Of a stretch of 64,000 bases of DNA, positions 1 through 9,477 are shown piece after piece (position 1 is the first letter of the stretch; each line of letters opens with the position of its first letter). A program made the position numbers and the translations under genes. Location of the stretch: contig JBIICS010000002.1 of the NCBI GenBank assembly GCA_044238735.1, positions 3,090 to 67,089 on the forward strand, given 5' to 3'. The DNA comes from Bacteroidia bacterium. GTDB taxonomy: Bacteria > Bacteroidota > Bacteroidia > UBA4408. The notes beneath the pieces are model-generated. The model saw only the letters and a list, made by a program, of their open reading frames with translations, did not search any database and was not told the origin of the DNA.

Positions 1-1824
1 CCGGGGCAAAATGGAAACAATGGCGTAAGTGTAAATAATGCTGTTGTAAATAACGATTCTTTGATAATTACCCTTTCAAATGGCCAACAAATTAATGCAG
101 GTTATGTAAAAGGGGAACAGGGACAAAACGGATTAAATGGAGTAGATGGTATAGGGATTAACAACAGCTATATTCAAAACGATTCCTTGTTTATGGTTTT
201 TAGTAACGGGCAAACGCTAAATGTAGGAAAGGTAAAAGGTGATCAAGGATTAAACGGAGTAAATGGTTTAAATGGTGTTAGTGTGTCTAATGCAAATATT
301 ACTAACGATAGTTTATTTATTTCATTATCCAACGGCACAACAATAAATGCGGGTTATGTTAGGGGTAATACTGGTGCAAATGGACAATCTGCTTATGAAC
401 TGGCTGTTGCAAATGGATTTGTAGGAAGTGAAACAGATTGGTTAAATAGTGTACAAGGACAAAATGGGACAAATGGTACTGATGGACAATCTGCTTATGA
501 ACTGGCAGTTGCGAATGGCTTTGTAGGAAGTGAAACTGATTGGTTAAATAGTATTAAGGGGCAAGATGGAATAAATGGTGTTGATGGACAATCTGCTTAT
601 GAACTGGCGGTAGCGAATGGCTTTGTAGGAAGTGAGACAGATTGGTTAAATAGTATTAAGGGGCAAGATGGAATAAATGGTGTTGATGGACAATCTGCTT
701 ATGAACTGGCGGTTGCCAATGGCTTTGTTGGTACTGAAACAGATTGGTTAAATAGTTTAAATGGACAAGATGGTACAAACGGCAATAATGGAACCAACGG
801 AGTAGACGGTAAAAATACTTTAATAAAAACCACTGCCGAAGCAGCAGGAACCAACTGTGCTAATGGCGGCACTAAAGTAGAGATGGGTATAGATGCTAAC
901 AGTAATGGTATTTTAGATGCTGGGGAAGTTGATGTGACTTTAACACGTTATGTATGTAATGGTAATAACGGAACAAATGGTACTAATGGCACCAACGGTT
1001 CAGACGGTAAAAACACTTTAATAAAAACCACTGCCGAATCAGCAGGTGTTAATTGTGCTTCAGGTGGAACTAAAGTAGAAGTAGGTTTAGATGCTGACAA
1101 TAATGGTGTTTTAGATGCAAGCGAAGTAAATGCTTCATTGACAAGGTATGTTTGTAATGGTTCTTCAAGTGTTTCAAATCATGGTATGAATGTTTTGACA
1201 AGTGGTTCAGGTAATTTCAATGTTCCAACTGGCGTCACCAAATTAGTAGTTGAATTATATGGTGCTGGAGGAGCAGGAGGTGTAGGAGCAATAGCTTGTT
1301 CTGGAGCTAATCCTGGTAGAGCAACTGGAGGTGGTGGTGGCGGCTCTGGAGGTTATTTGAAAACCTATATTCCAGTGTCATCAGGTCAAAGTATAAGTTA
1401 TTCGGTTGGTGTAGGTGGTAATAGCAATAGTCAAGCAGGTGGTAATACAACCTTTGGTACATTTACCGCACCAGGTGGGCAAGGAGGAGGAAGTGGGAGT
1501 GTAATTGGTGTTTGTAGTAGTTGCTGTGGGAATGGAGGAGCTGCTGGTCTTGGAGGTAACAATGGTTATCCAGGAGGTTGTGATAACTATGGAGCAGGTT
1601 CTGGAGGTAATGGCGGTAATGCATTTGCACAATTAAGTTCGGGAGGTACAGGAGGCGGTACTGTGGCGCCATATGTAAATGGTAATAATGGAAGTAATGG
1701 GGGCGTTGCTTCTGGTGGCGGTGGTGGGAGTGGTACAATGAAAGGTTGCGTTTCTTCAACAGGAGGTGGTACACCAGGAAATGGAGGTCAAGGGGGTAGT
1801 GGACTAATTATAATATCATATTAA
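1..1824 (+). CDS. 5'-truncated secreted/surface repeat protein: collagen-like Gly-X-Y runs, 4x 34-aa tail-fibre-like repeats ([23 protein letters not shown]...), 2x ~62-aa repeats ([30 protein letters not shown]...TRYVCNG) and a Gly-rich C-terminal domain
   Basis: The ORF-track frame (61..1824) stays open back to base 1 ([28 protein letters not shown]...), so the gene enters the window already in progress. Repeats are visible at both DNA and protein level. The 'SAYELAV.NGF.G.E..WL.SLKG' motif is what I remember from phage tail-fibre/collagen-like proteins. Confidence 0.6.
   Translation, partial: PGQNGNNGVSVNNAVVNNDSLIITLSNGQQINAGYVKGEQGQNGLNGVDGIGINNSYIQNDSLFMVFSNGQTLNVGKVKGDQGLNGVNGLNGVSVSNANITNDSLFISLSNGTTINAGYVRGNTGANGQSAYELAVANGFVGSETDWLNSVQGQNGTNGTDGQSAYELAVANGFVGSETDWLNSIKGQDGINGVDGQSAYELAVANGFVGSETDWLNSIKGQDGINGVDGQSAYELAVANGFVGTETDWLNSLNGQDGTNGNNGTNGVDGKNTLIKTTAEAAGTNCANGGTKVEMGIDANSNGILDAGEVDVTLTRYVCNGNNGTNGTNGTNGSDGKNTLIKTTAESAGVNCASGGTKVEVGLDADNNGVLDASEVNASLTRYVCNGSSSVSNHGMNVLTSGSGNFNVPTGVTKLVVELYGAGGAGGVGAIACSGANPGRATGGGGGGSGGYLKTYIPVSSGQSISYSVGVGGNSNSQAGGNTTFGTFTAPGGQGGGSGSVIGVCSSCCGNGGAAGLGGNNGYPGGCDNYGAGSGGNGGNAFAQLSSGGTGGGTVAPYVNGNNGSNGGVASGGGGGSGTMKGCVSSTGGGTPGNGGQGGSGLIIISY
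382..789 (+). repeat. In-frame 102-bp tandem repeat, 4 copies (copies 2-4 near-identical) inside CDS 1..1824
   Basis: ggacaatctgcttatgaactggc... recurs at 382, 484, 586 and 688 with period 102 nt. Confidence 0.85.
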
Positions 1825-1833
1825 AATCATATT

Positions 1834-2457
1834 ATGATAAACTTGTTATTGCTTTTATTAAAAGGAAACGAGAAAATAAAGGTTGAAATAGATCTTGAGT
1901 TAAAATATTTAGAGGAGAAAGATTATGACTTAAAGGAACTTGTTTTGTTTTTAGAAAGTGTTAAAAATATTCATGAGCAAATTGTAATAAGTTCCCAGAG
2001 CGAATATAAAACATTAGGTAAAAAGTATATTTTACCTTACAACAGAATTAAGGTTTCAAAAATAAATAAGAATAGTCCATTATTTATAAAGCTTTCTTTT
2101 GAATTAAGTAGTGATGGAGTTTTTCCATATATAATAATATTAAGATATTTAATAAAATTGTGTAAGAAATATGGTGCAGACGCTAATATGTTAAAATTGA
2201 CTTTTAACAATATTGAGGAAGCGCTGGTGCATTATATTCAGAATATTTCAAAAGACATATTAAACGAGCAGGAGAAGGATAAACTTATTACAAAAATCCA
2301 TGAAAATGTTTTCTCAACGAGCATATCTGAAATATTTGAGAATAAAAAATTTATTAGAAATTATAATATTTTTTGCAGAACAAGTCTTGAGATTTCAAAG
2401 CTAGTTTTAAGAATTGATAAACTAATCAACTTTATAGATCCAATAATAGAAGAATAG
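1834..2457 (+). CDS. Hypothetical cytoplasmic protein (207 aa), 10 nt downstream of the tail-fibre-like gene; possibly a fibre assembly/chaperone-type accessory protein
   Basis: Long ORF in a very AT-rich region with no signal peptide. The tight spacing to the upstream gene suggests co-transcription. I recognise no motif. Confidence 0.4.
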   Translation: MINLLLLLLKGNEKIKVEIDLELKYLEEKDYDLKELVLFLESVKNIHEQIVISSQSEYKTLGKKYILPYNRIKVSKINKNSPLFIKLSFELSSDGVFPYIIILRYLIKLCKKYGADANMLKLTFNNIEEALVHYIQNISKDILNEQEKDKLITKIHENVFSTSISEIFENKKFIRNYNIFCRTSLEISKLVLRIDKLINFIDPIIEE

Positions 2458-2707
2458 ATGTCTTTTTTATTCTAACTGTAAATTATTTTTTCAAAATATT
2501 TTGTGTCGTTTCAGTAAATAATAAACAACAGAATTAAATGGTTTATAATGTCAATTTTAAAAAGGTTTTATTGTAATTATTTTACATATTATATTCCTTT
2601 ATTGCGCAAAAGCTCAACCAGTAATTAAAGTACCCGAAACAGGTGGAGCCGGATTAAAAAAGGGAATTAAAAGTGGACTAATAGTAGATTCAAAATTCAA
2701 TATCTAT

Positions 2708-5239
2708 GTGTCCTATGCTGATTTGAGTGTTTTTAAAGGGATATCTGTTTATAATTATCAAAATTCTACCTGGAAAGATTTTTATTCTGCTAACTCTATT
2801 CTAACAACAAAAAAGATAAATAATATTAGTTTGCAAAACGATACCCTTCTGTGGATTGCTTCTGATTCCGGATTATATTCATTATCTAATCTTACTTCAT
2901 TAAAATATTATAGCAATAATATTTACAATATTGGCAATGCGGTTAAACGCGTAAATTCTAATACAAATTATGTTTCATTTACGTCTGATTCAGGCGTTTT
3001 TATATTTACAAATAATCAATTTGTAAAACTTCCTTTAAATGGGCTCATGCCTGCAAACTTTGAAGTCACAAATAATGGTAATATTGTTTTTAACGATTCA
3101 ACCAATGTTTATATACTGGGCACTGGCGGTTGCGATACAATAATAACGGATATTACTGGTCAATCATTGCCTTTGTATAAGGTAATTAAGCAAACGGCTG
3201 ATGGAAGTATTTACTTGTTTTCAGAAAGGAGATTTGATAAGCTTATTGGTGATAAAATTTTGCCAAATTCTTACTGGAATCATAAATATTCGAATTTTTT
3301 AAATTCAATAGCCAGCGATCAATATTCGGGAAGATTTAAAAACAATGGATTTGGATCTGTAAATAACTGTTTCGATGGTTTTTATATGGTTGGTAGTTTT
3401 GTAACATCAAATGCACCTGCGAATAAATTTTCTTGTTATTATAACAACAAATTAATGGTATATGAGGATATTAATCTCTATAAAAATACGGGTGGAAATT
3501 CTGTTTACACATTGGTTAATGACTCGTTTGTTGTAAAAGCGAGAAGCGCACCTTTCACAACTTCTTCCACAAAGGATACGATATTTATTATAAGAATTGA
3601 CAAGTTTAATAATGTATCCGATCAGATGAATAGTGAGATGCAAAGCCTGAACATTAATAAAGTATCAACTGTTGCCAATATCGGAGATTTATCATGGGAC
3701 TTAACAGATGGTGTTTATGAAGTGCCTAAGGGAAATAATAAAAATACTGTTTTTGCAAGTGCTTTATGGATAGGTGGATTAGATCGGAATAATGGGATAC
3801 ATGTTGCGGCACAAACCTATAGACAAAGTGGAGTTGATTTCTCTCCGGGACCACTTGATCTATATACAGCAAACATTAATTACAGCGAAATGATGGATTT
3901 TAAAAGAATTTGGAAAGTAGAAGCTTGGCAGATTCTTGAGTTTATTGAAAATTTTCAGAATGGAAATGTTCAGAACGGGTCATACATTCCTGCAGAAGTT
4001 ATTATTAGCTGGCCTGGGAATGGTTTGGGTAATAAGGCTCATAAACTGGCTGATTTTGTTGATGTTAATAATGATGGTCTATATCGCCCTCTTCAGGATG
4101 GTGATTATCCAAAAATATACGGAGACCAATGTTTGTTTTGGATTATGAATGATACTTACAGGTATACGGAAACCATGCGTGTTCCTTTGGGGATTGAGTT
4201 GCATTGTTATGCTTATGCGTTTTATTGCCCCGATAAAGAAAATGGTTCTGAAAGGGCGTTGAATTATACTACTTTTTATAAGTATAAGCTGTTTAACAGA
4301 AGTACTGATTCTTATCACGACATGTATTATGGGGCTTGGGTGGATAATGATTTAGGAAATTATCAGGACGATTATGTGGGCTGTTACCCAAGCTATAATA
4401 CAGCCTTTACATATAATGGAGATGATTTTGATGAAAATGCTGCTGGTTATGGAAGTGTTATACCAATACAAGGTACTTTATTTCTTAATGGTCCTGTTGC
4501 AAAGTTAAATGATGGGAAAGACAATGATAATAATGGAGTTGTTGATGAGGTAAATGAAAAATGCTTATTGAATCATTTTCTATACTATAATAATGATTTT
4601 TCAGAAATTGGAAATCCTGATTCTGCTTCTCATTATTATAACTATTTACATAGCTTTTGGAAAGATTCAACACATGTTGTAAACAATGGTGTTGATGGTT
4701 GGGTAAATGGAGGAGGTAATGGCCCTAATACTGATTTTATGTTTAATTCTTTGCCTTATCAAAATGGTTGGCATGAAAACAGAACGCCATCTGATAGACG
4801 GTATATTGCATCGGCAGGTCCGTTTAATTTGAATGCAGGGCAAATGGTTGAATTCGACTATGCTTATGTTACTAGCTTCGATTCATTAAATACTTTTAAT
4901 TCACAGCCATATTGGCAAACTTATCTAAATGATTTGGATGTAATAAAGAACCATTTTAATTCGGGAGTCTCATCATCTTGTTATTTTATAACTTCCGCAA
5001 AAGACAAAATAAAGGATGAAAACTATTTTGAGGTAATGCCTAATCCGAATAATGGGTTATTCGAGATTAAATCAAAATTTCAGGATTTGATTTCTGTCTA
5101 TAGTGTTGATGGACGTTTGATGAGTCAAATTCAAATTGGACCGGGTTTAACAAAAGTTAATAATGAGAAATATGCAAAGGGTCTTTACATAATGAAGTCA
5201 TCTATTTCTTCTTGTGCTAAAAAGATCCTAATCGAGTAG
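2708..5239 (+). CDS. T9SS type-A C-terminal sorting domain (Por_Secre_tail) cargo protein, 843 aa as annotated; the true start is probably upstream (see finding on frameshift)
   Basis: C-terminus ...MPNPNNGLFEIKSKFQDLISVYSVDGRLMSQIQIGPGLTKVNNEKYAKGLYIMK has the typical type-A CTD pattern. The N-terminal region resembles a two-component-regulator-propeller (Y_Y_Y)-like beta-propeller. The annotated start is a GTG with no signal peptide. Confidence 0.7.
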   Translation: MSYADLSVFKGISVYNYQNSTWKDFYSANSILTTKKINNISLQNDTLLWIASDSGLYSLSNLTSLKYYSNNIYNIGNAVKRVNSNTNYVSFTSDSGVFIFTNNQFVKLPLNGLMPANFEVTNNGNIVFNDSTNVYILGTGGCDTIITDITGQSLPLYKVIKQTADGSIYLFSERRFDKLIGDKILPNSYWNHKYSNFLNSIASDQYSGRFKNNGFGSVNNCFDGFYMVGSFVTSNAPANKFSCYYNNKLMVYEDINLYKNTGGNSVYTLVNDSFVVKARSAPFTTSSTKDTIFIIRIDKFNNVSDQMNSEMQSLNINKVSTVANIGDLSWDLTDGVYEVPKGNNKNTVFASALWIGGLDRNNGIHVAAQTYRQSGVDFSPGPLDLYTANINYSEMMDFKRIWKVEAWQILEFIENFQNGNVQNGSYIPAEVIISWPGNGLGNKAHKLADFVDVNNDGLYRPLQDGDYPKIYGDQCLFWIMNDTYRYTETMRVPLGIELHCYAYAFYCPDKENGSERALNYTTFYKYKLFNRSTDSYHDMYYGAWVDNDLGNYQDDYVGCYPSYNTAFTYNGDDFDENAAGYGSVIPIQGTLFLNGPVAKLNDGKDNDNNGVVDEVNEKCLLNHFLYYNNDFSEIGNPDSASHYYNYLHSFWKDSTHVVNNGVDGWVNGGGNGPNTDFMFNSLPYQNGWHENRTPSDRRYIASAGPFNLNAGQMVEFDYAYVTSFDSLNTFNSQPYWQTYLNDLDVIKNHFNSGVSSSCYFITSAKDKIKDENYFEVMPNPNNGLFEIKSKFQDLISVYSVDGRLMSQIQIGPGLTKVNNEKYAKGLYIMKSSISSCAKKILIE

Positions 5240-5366
5240 AAGAATAATTTAGGAATAAAATCTCCTAATAGCAATCATGTATCGCGGTTTTATTTTTAAT
5301 ACAATTTCAACTGCTGTATAATAATGTTTTGAGTTTATTGAGCTGATGATTTCTTGTAGATCCCCC

Positions 5367-5554
5367 ACTCGTCCTCGTTTGAGCGATAGCGGTAACGAGG
5401 ACGAGTATAATATGCGTTTGTAACGCATACTTACCCCAGCTCTCGCAAGTATAGCGCCAGCGCAACTTGTGAGTTTATAACACGTAAGGTTTCTAACCTT
5501 GCAATTTGAATATTAATTTTATAAAACAAATAGCTCCCCTTCGTTCTCCCAGTT
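5367..5554 (+). other. Hairpin-rich GC-elevated segment (at least 4 stem-loops) immediately upstream of the terminator; candidate structured RNA or miniature element
   Basis: Stem-loops: ctcgtcctcgtt/aacgaggacgag (12-bp perfect stem), tatgcgtt/aacgcata, ctcgcaagt/acttgtgag, aaggtt/aacctt. No ORF longer than 60 aa. Lies between convergent gene ends. Confidence 0.3.
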
Positions 5555-5583
5555 GCCGCAAGTTTCTCGCTTGCGGCTTTTTT
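5555..5583 (+). terminator. Rho-independent terminator (gccgcaag-tttctcg-cttgcggc + T6)
   Basis: Perfect 8-bp stem followed by tttttt on the plus strand only. Confidence 0.55.
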
Positions 5584-5887
5584 ATTACTAATATAATTTC
5601 AACTACGTAATACTTTAGAATCATTAAGCAGATGTTCTGTTTTAGCAGATCCCTTATAGGGCTGTAAATTGAAGATGAAAACAAATTTGCTTTGCTTTTC
5701 CGGGAATCTGCTTTATAGTTATGAATTATGAAATCTTGAAATTAGAAATCTTGAAATTAACACCCGGCTTCGATACCTCAGCCTGACAAAATTTTCAATA
5801 AACAATTGAACTAAATTCTAATTCACTTTGGTATTAGAAATCCTGAAACCTGAAATCTTGGAATTTATATCTCACCCAGCCATCTCT

Positions 5888-8800
5888 TTAAAACACCGCC
5901 CTCACGGTTACATTGCCAATGTGCACTGATTTTAACCCTTCAGGTCTTCGGCCTTCGTAATTGATGCTTAATTGTAATGCAGTAGTAATGTTCTGCTGAT
6001 AACTTATGCCCCAGGTTAGGTTATTGCCTGGCCTTAACCCTTCCATAATTTCATATGCTACCGGACTGTTCTCTAAACCGGTAAATAAAATGTTATAATA
6101 GTTTAATCGGCCCGACCAGCTTCCCTTATTGGCACGGTTATATCTAATTTCGCTGCTTATCCTGTGCTGTATGCCTTGTGTACTGTCGTTTTCAAAGCGA
6201 TTCTCTTTAATGGAATACTTGTAGGCTAAACTAATTCTGAAATCAGAAGCTTGCTGGTAGGTTAATCGTGGTTCGGCCTCATTTATGATGATTCTATAGT
6301 TACGATTTGTTAGTAATTGAGAGGTATTACTTTTCTCAGCAGTAATTAGTTCGGTATTTAAAGTAATCCACTGATTAAAATTTAAACGTGTTCTAACGGT
6401 GTGAGAGTTGTTGTTACGGGATTCAAATCCATTAACTAATAAGGTTTTGTTGCTTAAATCTTGAAATGTGTAATCTGAACCAAAAACATATCCGGTTTTA
6501 TTAAAGAAAAGCGTATTTCTGAACGAGGAGTTTAAACTTTGTAAAAAAACATCGCCGGTGTTTCGGTAAAACGGATTGTATTGATCCTGAAACTCCGTGC
6601 TGCTGGTTTTGCGGTCTATTCTATAGGAGAACTGATCGCTCCAGTAATTGATGGCTTTTGCCCACCATTGTTTTGATTTAATTGCCGAGGCCGGATTTAT
6701 ATTTATGATCTGATTAAATTGGTTCCCGTATATCTTTATATACGTGTTGGTAGGTGTAAAAACTTTTATATACTGAGCCTGATCTGTAAATTGTGATATC
6801 TCGAATTCATTTAATTCTTTTGTACCGTTTTGGTTGTAGTCTACCCAGGCATATATACCTTGTCCGGGTGCAACTTGTATAAAACTATATTCTTTTCTTA
6901 ATTCTAATCCCGAGGAGGTTTCATAAAAGGTACTGGTGTATATTGTAGATTTGAACAAGCGAAGGGTATATTCAATTCGGTTAACTAAATTATTGTCGGG
7001 CTTTTGAGTTGTTAAGTTAGAATCAATTATTTTTAACTCGCGATATCCAACATAATTTTTAAGTGTAAAATATCGGTTTTCTACAAATTCCAATGTTCCG
7101 CCTGCTCCTTGAGCAAATGCGCTTTTGGTTAATTTATTATTTCGCAATAACCAGTCGTTACGTTGTGTATAATTTACACTATACTGGTTACCGGTACTAT
7201 CAGCTTTTGAAGCAATTAGAAACCACTCATTAAACTGATAAGAACCAGCAATTAAGCTATCGTTATTGCTTCTAGAATTACGAACATTTCGTTCTTGATC
7301 TACCTTAACCGATAGTTTAATTTTTGAGATCTTTCTCGATACAATACCTCTTTGTCTTATAAATTGATCATTGCTGATGTTTTGATTAATAAAACTGGCG
7401 CTGGCAAAATGATTAGCTTCCCATTGAGGAGTGTTTACATTTGTGTTTAGCCTGCTTTGATATCCCTGAGTTTGATTGGGCTCTATAAAAGCTTGATTTG
7501 TAAAGTCGATTCTTCCGCTCCCCATTTTTTCTAATCCAAGTACAAGGCCCCCTATATACTGATTGTCGAATTGTTTTTTTCCGATAATATTCCAGTCTCT
7601 TTCAAACTCAACGCTTCTGTAACGTTCAATTATAGCAAAGTTTTTATTTAATTGTTCGTATTGGGCCCCCATTATAAAGCATAGCGGTTTTAACGATTTG
7701 TTTAATCGATACTTTTTTTCGATATCTACTTTAAGAGCTAAGTCCTGATTATTTTTATCGTCTTTACTGCTAAAGGTATTAAGATCATTTTCGCTAAAAG
7801 CAGTTTCTAATTTTATTTTTAAAGTACTATCGGGATTAAAATTGTAATTTAAATTAAGTACTTGTTTACGTTTTGGTGTAATAAGTAAAACGAGTGGTTC
7901 ATAGTTTCCTTGTCTTACGCCATTTATAGGAGCTACCCATATAAAAACGCGACCATTAGCGGTACTATTAGTTTGAATATAATTGCCCTTGTTATTTCCT
8001 ACTTGCGAGAAAGTGAGTTGGTAAAATGCACTATCGGGGTTGTTGGACTGATAGTAAACAGGGGAGTACGTTACCCCTTCAATGGTAGAATCTTTTTTTG
8101 CATAAAGAACTAAGTCGGCTCTATATCCAATACTATCAACACCCGGCGCAATTGCATTAAGCAAATTATCTCCGGCATTGGCTAAAATTATTTTATCAGC
8201 ATCGCTTAGTTGTTGTTGAAGAGGTCTGCTTTTATTATCACTTTCATTGTAATAATTTATAATCAGTTTGTTTTGTTTATCAATATATTCACTTGTATTC
8301 ACCAGCATTGAGCGCGCATAGTTTTTATCGGCGTATTGAAACTCTGCAATTATTCGTCTGTCTTTCGTAATAAAACGTTTAGCCGTAAAGGTAACCTCTG
8401 CCGTGTTGTAGTCAATTACATAGTCATTTTCCTGTCCACGGGTAAGCATTTGCCCGTCTATATATATTCGTTCTGTTCCACTTAAAACGATAATAAACAA
8501 TTCATTTTCCGAACCTCTTAGGCGATAGGGACCTTGATTGCCTTCAATTCCCTGAATTATATTTCGTGCAAATTTACCCTTACTTACCGCTGCAGCTACC
8601 ATGGTTTTAAATAGTGAGTTTTTCTTTTCATTAACAGCTACCTCGGTTGAAAAATTTGCACCTTGAGCCCGCTTATAGTAACTCAATAAATACGCATCGG
8701 GCTTGTTCAGTATAAAATCACCGGCAATAAGTTTATTTTTCTTATCATTTAACTGAATAAAAACCCTATCAAATTCCTGTAGTTGTTGCGTGTTTCCCTG

Positions 8801-9355
8801 TGGCTGAAAAGGGATGTTATCATCGGTAATAGCAGCCAAAACGTTAATGTTTTCGCTTAATTTACCACTTAATTGAAGATTTAAGCTGGAGTTTAATACA
8901 ACATTCTGATTGTTTCCAAAACTTACACCTCTCGAAATACTTCCATTTTTATTAAGTCCATCGCTAAAAAATTCATTAGCTGAGTTTGAATTACTATAAG
9001 GGGCACTAAATGGATTGTATTGTCCGTTTCGATCGGGGAGTAAAAGTTTAGGGTCTTTTAAAAAATATCTTCGGTTAAGATTTAAGGGTAGAACATTAAA
9101 TTCTGCACTACCGCTTTTACCAATTAGTGAAGAATCTTTAATTATTAAAATAGCTTGTATTTCGTTTACCTGATATTTACTACTATCAATTAATTGATTT
9201 TCTACTTTTAAACTAAAATTGGACTCAGCAATCACATTACTATCAATTGGATTGTAATATAGAAGAGCCGGAATAAAAACCCTGCGGTGCTGATTTAGTT
9301 GTGCAAAAAGTGCAGTGCTTAAAAACAAAAGAATTATGGAAAGTAGTTTACTCAA
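5888..9355 (-). CDS. Large (1155 aa) secreted outer-membrane protein of unknown function; cleavable signal peptide and C-terminal aromatic residue (beta-barrel-like terminus ...VTVRAVF)
   Basis: N-terminus MSKLLSIILLFLSTALFAQ is a signal peptide. The sequence is rich in Asn/Tyr/Gln beta-strand-like segments and ends in Phe. I cannot assign a family. Confidence 0.55.
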   Translation of the reverse strand: MSKLLSIILLFLSTALFAQLNQHRRVFIPALLYYNPIDSNVIAESNFSLKVENQLIDSSKYQVNEIQAILIIKDSSLIGKSGSAEFNVLPLNLNRRYFLKDPKLLLPDRNGQYNPFSAPYSNSNSANEFFSDGLNKNGSISRGVSFGNNQNVVLNSSLNLQLSGKLSENINVLAAITDDNIPFQPQGNTQQLQEFDRVFIQLNDKKNKLIAGDFILNKPDAYLLSYYKRAQGANFSTEVAVNEKKNSLFKTMVAAAVSKGKFARNIIQGIEGNQGPYRLRGSENELFIIVLSGTERIYIDGQMLTRGQENDYVIDYNTAEVTFTAKRFITKDRRIIAEFQYADKNYARSMLVNTSEYIDKQNKLIINYYNESDNKSRPLQQQLSDADKIILANAGDNLLNAIAPGVDSIGYRADLVLYAKKDSTIEGVTYSPVYYQSNNPDSAFYQLTFSQVGNNKGNYIQTNSTANGRVFIWVAPINGVRQGNYEPLVLLITPKRKQVLNLNYNFNPDSTLKIKLETAFSENDLNTFSSKDDKNNQDLALKVDIEKKYRLNKSLKPLCFIMGAQYEQLNKNFAIIERYRSVEFERDWNIIGKKQFDNQYIGGLVLGLEKMGSGRIDFTNQAFIEPNQTQGYQSRLNTNVNTPQWEANHFASASFINQNISNDQFIRQRGIVSRKISKIKLSVKVDQERNVRNSRSNNDSLIAGSYQFNEWFLIASKADSTGNQYSVNYTQRNDWLLRNNKLTKSAFAQGAGGTLEFVENRYFTLKNYVGYRELKIIDSNLTTQKPDNNLVNRIEYTLRLFKSTIYTSTFYETSSGLELRKEYSFIQVAPGQGIYAWVDYNQNGTKELNEFEISQFTDQAQYIKVFTPTNTYIKIYGNQFNQIININPASAIKSKQWWAKAINYWSDQFSYRIDRKTSSTEFQDQYNPFYRNTGDVFLQSLNSSFRNTLFFNKTGYVFGSDYTFQDLSNKTLLVNGFESRNNNSHTVRTRLNFNQWITLNTELITAEKSNTSQLLTNRNYRIIINEAEPRLTYQQASDFRISLAYKYSIKENRFENDSTQGIQHRISSEIRYNRANKGSWSGRLNYYNILFTGLENSPVAYEIMEGLRPGNNLTWGISYQQNITTALQLSINYEGRRPEGLKSVHIGNVTVRAVF

Positions 9356-9477
9356 CTATAAATTAATCTAAACTTAAAGATAATACCGAAAGACTTAAAA
9401 CGAGTAGGCTTAAACATTATTTTGAGTATTTTAAATTAATTAATCATATTGTTTAATTTTGTTGAAATTACAGAATA

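Noticed and set aside
1381-1774. Minus-strand ORFs of 83 and 103 aa inside the Gly-rich region of gene 1
   Set aside because: They are antisense to Gly-codon-rich (GGN) sequence, which gives open Pro/Thr-rich reverse frames. No independent support.
5731-5866. Possible CRISPR-like array from the gaaatcttgaaatta repeats, and the heptamer array at 10794
   Set aside because: The repeats are 7-15 nt with no unique spacers of CRISPR size and no cas genes. They are simple tandem or direct repeats.
5888-9355. Calling the 1155-aa protein SprA, PorU or TamB
   Set aside because: Size, the cleavable signal peptide and the lack of a CTD do not fit those families. I have no positive motif evidence.
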